Source: an uncultured Deinococcales bacterium (GTDB lineage Bacteria; Deinococcota; Deinococci; Deinococcales; JAAFIG01). From it: a DNA stretch of 39,202 bases. A program made the position numbers and the translations under genes. The notes under the pieces were generated by a model. That model was not told where the DNA came from. It saw nothing but the letters and a program-made list of their open reading frames with translations, and searched no databases. Location of the stretch: assembly GCA_964244895.1 (NCBI GenBank), contig CAXTKV010000019.1, forward strand, positions 1 to 39,202, read 5' to 3'. This document shows, in pieces, positions 27,734-36,267 of the stretch (its first letter is position 1; the number at the start of each line of letters is the position of its first letter).

Positions 27734-28615
27734 CTAGAACACGATGACCACGCGCCCATCGCTCAGGGCGCGCTCGAGCTTCGATTGTCGCACCTCCAGC
27801 AACGTGCCCGCATCGAATCCGAGATCGCAGTGCGCTGGCCCCTGAGCGGACACCGCCTTCAGGGTGAGCGGGTTGCCACCGACGCGGTCTTTTTGCCTGT
27901 TCGCATCCTCGAGCGAGCGGGCCAGCCCCGCCCCTCCGGGCAGATTGGGCCGCGCCGCGCGCACCAGCGCACCGTCCCAGAAGGCGGTGCCTTCCGGCGT
28001 GAGGAATCTGAATCCCAGGCACGGTGCGAACCCCAGACCTCGAGCGTCCACGATCAGGCCCGTCCTGGTGGATGGCTCTGCGCACGCGGCCCATTCGCTC
28101 GTCACGGCGCTCCACAAACCCGCCCTGCCCGAGAGCGGTACGCTCATTGCGGCGCTCGCCAGCCACGAGCCATCCACTTGTTTCTCGAGCTTCTCTGATC
28201 CCGCCACGGGCGAGGCCATTTTCAGGATCGCCTCGATTTTGAGCCTCAAACCATTCGAGTTCGCTTTGCACTGAGCGATGGTCGCACCGGATGTCACCGG
28301 CAGCGCGTCCACGGCAGCGACCAACAGACGCAGCGCGTCCACGCGCGCGCCCTGCACGCCGCGCGCCTCCGCCTGCGCATCCGAGAGGCCGGGTGCAACC
28401 TTCGAACGCCCGAGCGCGATCACCGCACCCTGAGACCAGTCCACCACGACCGACTCGCCCAGCGGCGTGAGCGCGGCGGGCAACTCGAGCGGGACGACCA
28501 CTTGAGGGCTGACCTGCGCGCTTGCCGAAAACCCCACGAGAACCAACCACGCTGCCGCGCCCAGGGCTCGGCTTCGCTGAACGAGACGGCGATTTGGTCG
28601 GTCTTCGGGATTCAT
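27734..28615 (-). CDS. LPP20/FlgP-like secreted protein, paralog
   Basis: ATG 28615 after GGGGAG; signal ending SASA-Q; VDWSQG.V.A.G...AQAEARG..GARVDALRLL; TGLIVDARG. Stop lies 16 nt from the next gene's start. Confidence 0.65.
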   Translation of the reverse strand: MNPEDRPNRRLVQRSRALGAAAWLVLVGFSASAQVSPQVVVPLELPAALTPLGESVVVDWSQGAVIALGRSKVAPGLSDAQAEARGVQGARVDALRLLVAAVDALPVTSGATIAQCKANSNGLRLKIEAILKMASPVAGSEKLEKQVDGSWLASAAMSVPLSGRAGLWSAVTSEWAACAEPSTRTGLIVDARGLGFAPCLGFRFLTPEGTAFWDGALVRAARPNLPGGAGLARSLEDANRQKDRVGGNPLTLKAVSAQGPAHCDLGFDAGTLLEVRQSKLERALSDGRVVIVF

Positions 28616-29424
28616 TGCTCCCCTGTGCAGCTCAAAATAACGCTCGTGTAGCGGGTTCGCACTCCAACCCCTTCTGGGGTTCCAGCCCCGCCAGTCTGCC
28701 GGAAATCGCTCCATTCAGTCTCGAAACCCGGTCATGCCCGATTTCTTCCGATTGAGAAACAGTCTAGGGCAAGAAGCGTTTGAGTGATGAAAACCTGCGT
28801 TCTTCTCGATTGCTGCCGCATTTCATAACGTATCTATCGAACTCAAACGTCGAGGACTTTGGCGGTGTGAGGCCGTGCAAAGGCTCATCTGTCCCCGTCG
28901 CCGGGCAAGCATCCGTTTTGGCAATGAACCGGGTTTCGCATGGGGGATGTGGGTGGCGGAATCGTCTCGTGAGCCGATCCTGGAGATGCTGAAATCTGAA
29001 CCGACCAGCGGCGTCCTCGGCGAAACCGACCGCGTCGCCAGCGTACAGGACGAGAGCTGGAGGAACACCGCGTCGGGGTTTCTTGTGGATTCTCGAGACG
29101 CGAAATCGCGTTGTGCAACGCCCCGTGCGTGGTTCAAATTCCTGCAGCGCGCAATTCCTCGAGAAGCTGACCCGTTCGCAATGCGAGGTCTCAAAACGCT
29201 GTGCTGGCGAGCGTCTGAACTCACCTCGTGCCTCGTCGAGCAATTCCTGTTTGAGCGGGTGATCGAACGCTCGGGTTCCTCGGGCCAGCTGCGCGAGAAG
29301 TCATGCGAGGCATCGCCCGTGGGTTTGGAGAACGTCCTGAACGGGCGCGAAAAGCGTTCTGGTCAGGCGGTTGCGTTTGTGTGGCAAACTGTAAGGCAAC
29401 CTTTAGGACGGTTCGAGGACGGTC
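28616..29424. promoter_or_regulatory. about 0.8-kb divergent intergenic region between the envelope operon (-) and the cargo genes (+)
   Basis: Lower GC, no convincing ORF, and flanking genes point away from it on both sides. Individual promoter elements not resolved. Confidence 0.45.
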
Positions 29425-30318
29425 ATGGCAGAACGCCAGAGGCTCCGCAGGCACGATCAGGGCAGGCCTCTCGAGCGCCGAGCCTTCGATGTATCGCTCG
29501 GAAGCTCAAAAGGGCAGCCGCTCGAGCCGAGCCTCAGAGCGGCGCTCGAGCCCCGCTTCGGTCACAGCTTCGAGCGCGTGCGCGTCCACGCGGACGCGGA
29601 GGCGGATCGGCTCTCGAGGGAATCCGCCGCGCGCGCCCTCACGCACGGGAACGATGTGTTCTTCCGGTTGGGCGAGTACGCGCCCGGCACACCCGAAGGT
29701 CAGCACCTGCTGGCGCACGAACTCGCGCACGTCGTGCAGCGCGACCGGTTCGGCGCACCGGGCAACCTCGAGACGAGCCGCGCGAACGACGCGTCCGAGG
29801 TCGAGGCGAGGGCGGCGGCGGACGCGGTTGTGGCGGGCGGAACGCCGAGCTTCTCGAGCGCCCCGACCGCAGGCATCTCGAGGGACGATGACGAGCGCGG
29901 GCTGAGCTTTCAGGCCCTACCGCCGCGCTTGCAATACGGTTTCGGGCTCGGTGGCGGCTCGGGCAACGCGAACCTCTCGCTGGGCGGGCTGGGGCTCGAG
30001 TACCAGCGCGGGATGTTCCACGGGGAGACGAACCTCGGTTACGGCGGGAGCGCCGGGCTGAATCTGGGCGTCGGCGCGCCGTTGCAGCCGTGGCTGATGG
30101 ACGTGAACCGCGATATGGGCCAGGCCAGCGGCGCGATCAACAGCATCATGAACGGCGGCCTGATGGGGCCGAACCTGTCTGGCCTGGGCGGACTGGGCAC
30201 GCTCGGGGACGTGGCTGCCGCGGGCAAGCCCTCGCCCTATTCGTGGGGCGCGGGCCTGCAACTCTCGCACAGTTCCGACGAGGATCGGGTGATGCTGGGC
30301 GCGGGCGTCAACTTCTGA
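29425..30318 (+). CDS. DUF4157 cargo protein 1 with Gly-rich beta-barrel-like C-terminus
   Basis: GQPLEPSLRAALEPRFGHSFERVRVH...ARALTHGNDVFF...LLAHELAHVVQ...EVEA; C-terminus ends VMLGAGVNF. Confidence 0.88.
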   Translation: MAERQRLRRHDQGRPLERRAFDVSLGSSKGQPLEPSLRAALEPRFGHSFERVRVHADAEADRLSRESAARALTHGNDVFFRLGEYAPGTPEGQHLLAHELAHVVQRDRFGAPGNLETSRANDASEVEARAAADAVVAGGTPSFSSAPTAGISRDDDERGLSFQALPPRLQYGFGLGGGSGNANLSLGGLGLEYQRGMFHGETNLGYGGSAGLNLGVGAPLQPWLMDVNRDMGQASGAINSIMNGGLMGPNLSGLGGLGTLGDVAAAGKPSPYSWGAGLQLSHSSDEDRVMLGAGVNF

Positions 30319-30578
30319 TGGCGCGCGGAACACCGTTTGAAACGCGAATTTCATGACCCAAGGAAGATCGTGCAGGACGGCGTTCTTGGGACAGAAGCGC
30401 AGGGAAGGCCGGACACTGGAAAATGGCTGAGGGCACGATGAGGGGCTGCGAACCAATAACGCGATAGACCCGACGGGGACGGCCCCGACCACGGCTTCCG
30501 GGGTGGGGACGCGATTCCGTGGCAGACTGGATGCACGTTCTCACCGCCCAGACGCATCAGCCCGGAGGAGGTTCCGAG

Positions 30579-32489
30579 ATGGTCACAGGCCAGAAGCTCC
30601 GCAAGCGCGCACAGGAAAAAGCGCCCGAGGGCCGCGCTCTCGAGACACGGTTTGATCACACACCGTTTGATCACACACCGTCACGCGCTCAGGCACTCGA
30701 GCCTGCCTCGCGCGCCTTCCTCGAACCCCGCTTCGGGCACAGCCTCGAGAACATCCGCATCTTCTCGGACGCGCAAGCCCATAGCCAGAGCCAGAACCTG
30801 GACGCCGCCGCGTTCACGGTCGGGCAGGACATCTTTTTCTCGAACGGTTTGTACGATCCCGACTCGCGCAACGGGATGCGCCTGCTGGCGCACGAGGTCG
30901 CGCACGCCGTCCAGCAGCGCGATGCCACGGACGCGCCCGGTGGACTCGAGATTGCGGGCCGTTCCTCGAGCCTGGAAACCGAAGCGCACGGCGCGACCGA
31001 CGCGATCATGGGCGGCGGGAGCTTCAGCCTGGGTGCGAGTTCCGGATTGAGCATCAGCCGCTGGGAGTCCGGCGAGCACAAGCGCGCCATGGACGAAGCC
31101 TTGAAGAACATGGGGCCGGGAGCGGAGGTAGACCCGGCAGTGGCGGCGCAGATGAGCGCCAAGATCAAGCTCGCCAACGGCCTGGAAGTCACGCCCGGTC
31201 AGGTCACCGCGATGATGGGCGATTTGTACGGGCGCTTCTCGAAAGGCGCGGACGGCAAGGAGCACTTCGATCCGAAAGCGAGCTTCGATCAGCTCAACAA
31301 CGCAGACCCGAAGGAGATGAGCAAACTCATCGGGCTGATCGACGAGGAGGCCAAGACCGGCAAATCGGCGGACGCCTCCGATTGGGAGAAAGCCACCCGC
31401 AACCGCAAGGATGGCGACGGCAGTTACCTCGAACTCGCCAAGAAGAACAACAGCCACTTCAGCGCCGCCAGCGACACCGGCACCGACAACAACATGGGCG
31501 CGTACTCGGCCTTCCACCAGATGGCGCTCGAGGCCGCGCAGAAGGGCGACATGAACACCGCCCACGCGCTCGAGGCGTCCAGCATGCACTACCTCACGGA
31601 CCGCTTCAGCGCGGGCCACAACTTCGACAAGAACGGCGTGATGGCCGCCTCAGGCCGCGACCCCGGCGGCGTGCTGGCGAACATGGCGGTCAAGACCGCG
31701 CACGATGACATGAACAACAACGGCGTCAGCATGAACGATGCGAACGGTAACCCGGCGTGGACGGCTTACGGCGACGGTAACTGGGATCGCGCCGAGAACG
31801 CCGAGAATCGCCAACACACGGCCTCGACCGTCTACGGCTCTTGGAACGAACTCAACCAGGTCAGCACGGGCGGTTCGAGCGCCGCCGATCTCGAGAAAGC
31901 CGGGTTCGGCGCGCTCAAGAGCGTGCCGCAGTTCGACCCAAAAAATCAGGAACGGGCGGAGGCGGTCGCGCGCAACACTTCGATCCCCGATATGCTTCTC
32001 AACTACGGCAGCGATCTGCCGGACGCCGCCATCGGATCGTTGTGGCGTCTCGAAGGTAAAGCCGAGAACGCGCTCGGCGACGCCTGGGACTGGACGAAAG
32101 ACAAGGCGGGCAAGGCCGCGAACTGGATCGGCGACAAGGCCGGGGGTGCGTGGGACTGGACGAAGCAAAAAGCAGGCGACGCGGTGGACTGGACGAAGGA
32201 CAAGGCCAGCAAGGCGTGGGACTGGACGAAAGGCGCGGCCAGCGACGCCGCCGACTGGGTGGGCGACAAGGCAAACACGGCCTGGGACGCGGCGGGCGAC
32301 GCGGCGAACTGGGCGGGCGACAAGGCGAGCAAGGCTGCGAACTGGGCTGGCGACAAAGCGAAGGGCGCGTGGAACGCCGCTGGTGACGCCGCGAGCTGGG
32401 TCGGCGACAAGGCCGGGGACGCGGTGGACGCGGTGGGCGACGCCGCAAGTTGGGCTGGAAAGAAACTCAATCCCCTCAACTGGTTTTGA
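30579..32489 (+). CDS. DUF4157 cargo protein 2 with Zn-dependent phospholipase C-like domain and Trp-periodic repeat tail
   Basis: ATG 30579 after GGAGGAGG; DUF4157 (LEPRFGHSLENIRIF..AAAFTVGQDIFF..LLAHEVAHAVQQ); then WESGEH, MGDLYG, YLELAKKNNSHF, HYLTDRFSAGH, HDDMNNNG, YGDG. Enzyme call is by motif recall. Confidence 0.8.
   Translation: MVTGQKLRKRAQEKAPEGRALETRFDHTPFDHTPSRAQALEPASRAFLEPRFGHSLENIRIFSDAQAHSQSQNLDAAAFTVGQDIFFSNGLYDPDSRNGMRLLAHEVAHAVQQRDATDAPGGLEIAGRSSSLETEAHGATDAIMGGGSFSLGASSGLSISRWESGEHKRAMDEALKNMGPGAEVDPAVAAQMSAKIKLANGLEVTPGQVTAMMGDLYGRFSKGADGKEHFDPKASFDQLNNADPKEMSKLIGLIDEEAKTGKSADASDWEKATRNRKDGDGSYLELAKKNNSHFSAASDTGTDNNMGAYSAFHQMALEAAQKGDMNTAHALEASSMHYLTDRFSAGHNFDKNGVMAASGRDPGGVLANMAVKTAHDDMNNNGVSMNDANGNPAWTAYGDGNWDRAENAENRQHTASTVYGSWNELNQVSTGGSSAADLEKAGFGALKSVPQFDPKNQERAEAVARNTSIPDMLLNYGSDLPDAAIGSLWRLEGKAENALGDAWDWTKDKAGKAANWIGDKAGGAWDWTKQKAGDAVDWTKDKASKAWDWTKGAASDAADWVGDKANTAWDAAGDAANWAGDKASKAANWAGDKAKGAWNAAGDAASWVGDKAGDAVDAVGDAASWAGKKLNPLNWF
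30650..30681 (+). repeat. perfect 15-bp tandem duplication (FDHTP x2)
   Basis: gtttgatcacacacc gtttgatcacacacc gt, in frame within the leader of cargo 2. Confidence 0.9.
32061..32462 (+). repeat. intragenic 33-bp / 11-aa period repeats (LEA/apolipoprotein-like)
   Basis: AWDWTKDKAGK, AANWIGDKAGG, AWDWTKQKAGD, AVDWTKDKASK, AWDWTKGAASD, AADWVGDKA..., with some 7-aa interruptions. Confidence 0.85.
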
Positions 32490-32510
32490 GCCTCCTCGAG
32501 AGGGTGACCC

Positions 32511-33332
32511 ATGCTCACCGACCTTCACAACGCGATCCGCAGCCTGCTCTTCGACCAGGGGAACATTCCCGCGCTCGAGGTGGACGTGCGCTTCGAGGCT
32601 CCCACCAGGGACTGGATCGGGTCGCTGACGCGTCCAACGATCAGCGTTTTCCTGTACGACGTTCAGGAGAACCTCGAATTGCGCTACACAAACTTCCAGA
32701 CGCGCCGCGAGGGCTCTCGTTCGTTCACGAAGGCGGATCCCAGGCTGTTCGATTTCCGATTCATGGTGAGCGTTCTCTCGAGCGAGATCGCCGATGAGCA
32801 CGCGATCCTGTACCGCCTGTTGTACACGCTCCTCAAATACGTCGAGCTGCCGAGCGATCTATTGCCGCAGGCACTCGTCAATGCGCCCATCGGCGTGCTG
32901 TGCCGCGTGGATCAGCCTTCCGAGACGAGTTCGCGTTTGACCGACATCTGGAGTGCCCTCGAGGTTCCGCCGCGTCCAGCGCTCGCCTACGTGGTGACGC
33001 TGCCGGTGGACACGGAGGAGACCTTCGAGGCTCCGCTCGTGTTGACGCGCACAGCCCGCTACCGCTCGACGCTTTCGGGATTGGGCGGTCTCGAAGAGTT
33101 GGGCTTTCACATCGGCGGTACGGTGCGCGACGCCTCGGGCGCGAGCGTGCCCGGCGTTGGCGTGGTGCTCGAGGGAACGGCGCAGGCTGTCATTACAGAT
33201 GCCGAAGGGCGCTTCGTCTTCACGAGCGTGCGGCGCGGCACCATGCGTTTGCAGGTGTCCATTGGGGCTGGAAAACCCAGCGCATTCGAGTTCGAGGTTC
33301 CCGCGACCAGCTACGATCTGAAGGTTCGGTAA
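32511..33332 (+). CDS. second Pvc16/DUF4255-family protein with C-terminal carboxypeptidase-regulatory-like domain
   Basis: MLTDLHNAIRSLL, VDVRFEAPTRDW..SL.RPTISVFLYDVQEN.ELR, DIWSALEVPPRPALAYVVTLP; then IGGTVRDASGASVPGV.V...TDAEGRFVF. Confidence 0.85.
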   Translation: MLTDLHNAIRSLLFDQGNIPALEVDVRFEAPTRDWIGSLTRPTISVFLYDVQENLELRYTNFQTRREGSRSFTKADPRLFDFRFMVSVLSSEIADEHAILYRLLYTLLKYVELPSDLLPQALVNAPIGVLCRVDQPSETSSRLTDIWSALEVPPRPALAYVVTLPVDTEETFEAPLVLTRTARYRSTLSGLGGLEELGFHIGGTVRDASGASVPGVGVVLEGTAQAVITDAEGRFVFTSVRRGTMRLQVSIGAGKPSAFEFEVPATSYDLKVR

Positions 33333-33579
33333 AGATGTTCTCGAAGTCATTCGCGGGTGATTCGGATCGGTCGATTGCCTGAACACGCCGAGCCGAAGGT
33401 TTCCTCCAGACCAGTTTCCTCAGTGATTCTGCCTTGGCTCCAGAGTTGCCCTGCACGTTTAGCCACGATCCCTGCCGAATCAGTTCTCTTCATCGTGCAC
33501 GGGTTCAAAGCGCCATCTTCGAGGGTTCGAGCCCACAAGGTCTACGCTGGCTATGGCTATAGAGCGGGTGATGTCTGTT

Positions 33580-35586
33580 ATGAAAGACAGGACGAGAACT
33601 GAGCGAGAAACCGCCGAATTCCGAACGCAACCCATCGGGCGTAGCGCTCGGCTCGGTACTGCAGGCGTGGATCAAGGGCAGCCGCTCGAGCCCGCGATGC
33701 GAGCCGCCATGGAACCACGCTTCGGACACGACTTCTCAAAGGTTCGCATTTACAGCGATGCCGAATCGGCCCGTCAGGCCGACGCGATCGGGGCGGTCGC
33801 CTTCACGCTCGGTCAGGACGTGGTTTTCGGCTCCTCGAGTTACGCACCCGGCACGCTTCGGGGCCAGCAAGCCCTGGCGCACGAACTGACGCATGTCGTT
33901 CAGAACGAACGCAACCCCGGCGTCTCCAGGAACGGGCTTGCTCAACCTGGCGATGCCGCCGAACGCGAGGCCAGCGCGCTCTCGAGACAGGTGGTCGCGG
34001 GCGAGACGGTTCAGGTGCAGGCCGCGCCGAGTGCGACTGTCGCGCCGCTCTTCGGCTGGGTCGAGGATGCGGCGGACTGGGTGGGTGACAAGGCGCAAAG
34101 CGCGGGTTCCGCCGTCGCAGACGCAGCCGGGAGCGCGTGGGACACGACGAAGGACATCGCTTCGAGCGTGGGAGCGACCGTCGCGGATGGCGCTTCCGCC
34201 GCGTGGGGCGGCGTCAAGGATGCGGGCTCCGCGATCTACAGCGGCATGAAACAGAACGCCGGGTACGTGCGCGACGGCGTGAAATGGGCCGAGAACGGCA
34301 TCGACTGGCTCGAGGACAAAGCCTCGGGCGGCGCGCACTGGCTGGCGGACAAGGCCGACGGCATCCCGGTTCTCGAGCAACTCGCCCAGGGCGGCGCGTG
34401 GGCCGTAGACCAGCAGGCGCAACTCACGGGCGGCGTGCTGAAGGGCGCGACCACCCTGCTGGGCGGAGTCGGGCAGATGGTCGCGGATCCCGTGGACACC
34501 GTGATCGGCCTGGAAGCGATGGCCGAACACGTCCGACCCATCCCAGGGATGCCCAACCCCTTGCAGGTCATGCACGGTCTGTACAACGCCGCGACCACCG
34601 ACGCGACCCTCTCGGGCGAGATGAACCGCACGCTCAACCCGATGGAAACCATGAAGGGCGATATGCAGTTCGGCAAGGCGCTCGTGGGCGGACTGCTCGA
34701 GCCGTACAAGGAATCGTGGGACAAGGGCAAGTACGCGGAGGTCGGCGGGCGCGCGATTTTCGACATCGGGTCGCTTTTTATCGGCGCGGGCGAGGCGAAC
34801 GCGGGCATCAAGGGCGCGGAAGGCGCGGCCCTGGCGGGCGACGCCGCTCGCGTGGCCGAGTTGGGCGGGGACGCGGCTCGAACCGCCGAACTGGGTGGCG
34901 ACGCGGCGCGCGTGACCGACGCGACCGACCTCGCGCGCAGCGCAGGTGAGGCGGAGCAGGCGGGCAAAACGCTCTCGGAGGTGAAGGGCGGACCGACCGG
35001 CGCAGGCTACGTGGACCAGGCCAGCCCGAAAGCGATCCGCGCCTACGAGGAAATCGCCGCGATGGAGGGCGACGCCGCGACCATCGCCAAGCAACTCGGG
35101 GTGGACGAGGATATCGTCGCCCAAGTCAAGGAACACCTGTTCAAGAACGAGTACGACCTGCCCGTCGTGAACGAGGAAGCGCAGAGCGTGGCCGTCAAGC
35201 GCGGTCAGTTCATCCCGGACGAGGGGATCGCGCAGCAATGGAAGGAGGCCATGGGCGGCTTCGAGCCGGGGTCGCTCCAAGAGGCGGAATTCCGGCGGCT
35301 GATGGCGCACGAATACATCGAGAAGGGCCTCATGACCGAAGGGATGCCGTACAAGGCGCTCGAATCGTTCAAGGACGGGCCGCACGGGTTCTACAGCTAC
35401 CCATCGGCGGAGTTCCACGGCGCGCACGACCTCGCCCCGGCCACCAACGCGCTCAGCCAGCCATTCGCGGGCTGGAAGAGCATCTTCGGTGATTCCGTCA
35501 AGCCGCCATCGCTGAAGCCGGACCTCTCGAATTTGCCCGAAGTTCTCGAGCAGATCAAGAAGATGAAGGGGCTGGGTAAACCGTGA
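33580..35586 (+). CDS. DUF4157 cargo protein 3, polymorphic-toxin architecture with unassigned C-terminal toxin domain
   Basis: DUF4157 (GQPLEPAMRAAMEPRFGHDFSKVRIY..LAHELTHVVQ..EREA); Trp-periodic helices; hydrophobic pre-toxin segment (GRAIFDIGSLFIGAGE); GDAAR.AELG repeats; C-terminal domain YEEI...D...IA......VKEHLF...F.PD..IAQQW...LMAHEYIE..LM..GMPY...GAHDLAP. Alternative starts at 33553 and 33571. Confidence 0.82.
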   Translation: MKDRTRTERETAEFRTQPIGRSARLGTAGVDQGQPLEPAMRAAMEPRFGHDFSKVRIYSDAESARQADAIGAVAFTLGQDVVFGSSSYAPGTLRGQQALAHELTHVVQNERNPGVSRNGLAQPGDAAEREASALSRQVVAGETVQVQAAPSATVAPLFGWVEDAADWVGDKAQSAGSAVADAAGSAWDTTKDIASSVGATVADGASAAWGGVKDAGSAIYSGMKQNAGYVRDGVKWAENGIDWLEDKASGGAHWLADKADGIPVLEQLAQGGAWAVDQQAQLTGGVLKGATTLLGGVGQMVADPVDTVIGLEAMAEHVRPIPGMPNPLQVMHGLYNAATTDATLSGEMNRTLNPMETMKGDMQFGKALVGGLLEPYKESWDKGKYAEVGGRAIFDIGSLFIGAGEANAGIKGAEGAALAGDAARVAELGGDAARTAELGGDAARVTDATDLARSAGEAEQAGKTLSEVKGGPTGAGYVDQASPKAIRAYEEIAAMEGDAATIAKQLGVDEDIVAQVKEHLFKNEYDLPVVNEEAQSVAVKRGQFIPDEGIAQQWKEAMGGFEPGSLQEAEFRRLMAHEYIEKGLMTEGMPYKALESFKDGPHGFYSYPSAEFHGAHDLAPATNALSQPFAGWKSIFGDSVKPPSLKPDLSNLPEVLEQIKKMKGLGKP

Positions 35587-36173
35587 CCGAAGCGAACGAT
35601 CAGGGCGCGGCTCGCTCCGTGCAATCTGCGCGCGAGCGCGTCGAGGCGATCAGGCTCGATCAGTTCAACCGGGACGCACGCGAGGGCTCGCAGGTCGCGT
35701 TGATGCGCGAGTTCCTGCGTCGCGTGGCGTTGTGGGCGAACGCGCTCGATTGCGAGGGCGACTGGCCGTTCTTCAGTGTCGCGGACGCGCTCGCCCAGCG
35801 TTCGGGGGCGGTGAGATCGAGGCTCAAGGCGCACGGCCTCGAGAATTTCGAGTCCGGCTTCAAGGCGCTGGGGTTCCGCGCGGGCCGCATCGCCGGGTGG
35901 TTCGTGCAGTGGCGCGCGATTGACGATCTGGACGAAGTGCGCGCCTTCGGGTTGCCCGAGCCTTACGAGCCCGCAATCCTGATCTTCGAGCGCGGTGGGA
36001 ACGTCCAGGTCGAGAACCGGATGTTCCAGTTCAACCTCGCCAGCTTTCCGATGGGCCGCGTGGAGGCATACCTCGAGAAGCCGCCCTTCACCGCGCTCGA
36101 TGCGGACAGCTTGGCGGAGCAGGACGAAACCTGGCGCCTCGAGATCGAGCGGCGGAGACGAAGCCCCTCCTGA
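35583..36173 (+). CDS. putative immunity protein for cargo 3
   Basis: GTGA overlap with the toxin stop; 196 aa, no signal peptide; LMREFLRRVALWA..L...WPFF and LPEPYEP.ILIFERGG motifs. Function inferred from position. Confidence 0.6.
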   Translation: MTEANDQGAARSVQSARERVEAIRLDQFNRDAREGSQVALMREFLRRVALWANALDCEGDWPFFSVADALAQRSGAVRSRLKAHGLENFESGFKALGFRAGRIAGWFVQWRAIDDLDEVRAFGLPEPYEPAILIFERGGNVQVENRMFQFNLASFPMGRVEAYLEKPPFTALDADSLAEQDETWRLEIERRRRSPS

Positions 36174-36224
36174 ACGCAAAAGCTTGAATCTCGAGTTCGG
36201 TACGGCGCTCCCGTATAGAGAATA

Positions 36225-36267
36225 CCGTGCTGGACGACATCTCTCATCTCGACAACGTCCAGCACGG
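36225..36267. repeat. REP-like palindrome, copy 2 (12-bp arms, arm order reversed)
   Basis: ccgtgctggacg (36225-36236), 19-nt loop, cgtccagcacgg (36256-36267); about 50 nt after the immunity gene stop. Confidence 0.75.

Noticed and set aside
29381..29440. Resemblance to the c-di-GMP-I (GEMM) riboswitch P2 (GGCAAAC...GCAA...GACG)
   Set aside because: Lacks the following GCAAAGC and the tetraloop-receptor stem, and runs into the start codon. An Infernal/Rfam search would settle it.
28764..29905. ORFs 28764-29243 (-), 28875-29891 (+) and 29303-29905 (+)
   Set aside because: No recognisable motifs, atypical composition, and two overlap the DUF4157 gene out of frame.
32061..32462. 33-bp periodic repeats as a possible CRISPR array
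   Set aside because: Degenerate, in-frame coding repeats without unique spacers; no cas genes in the window.
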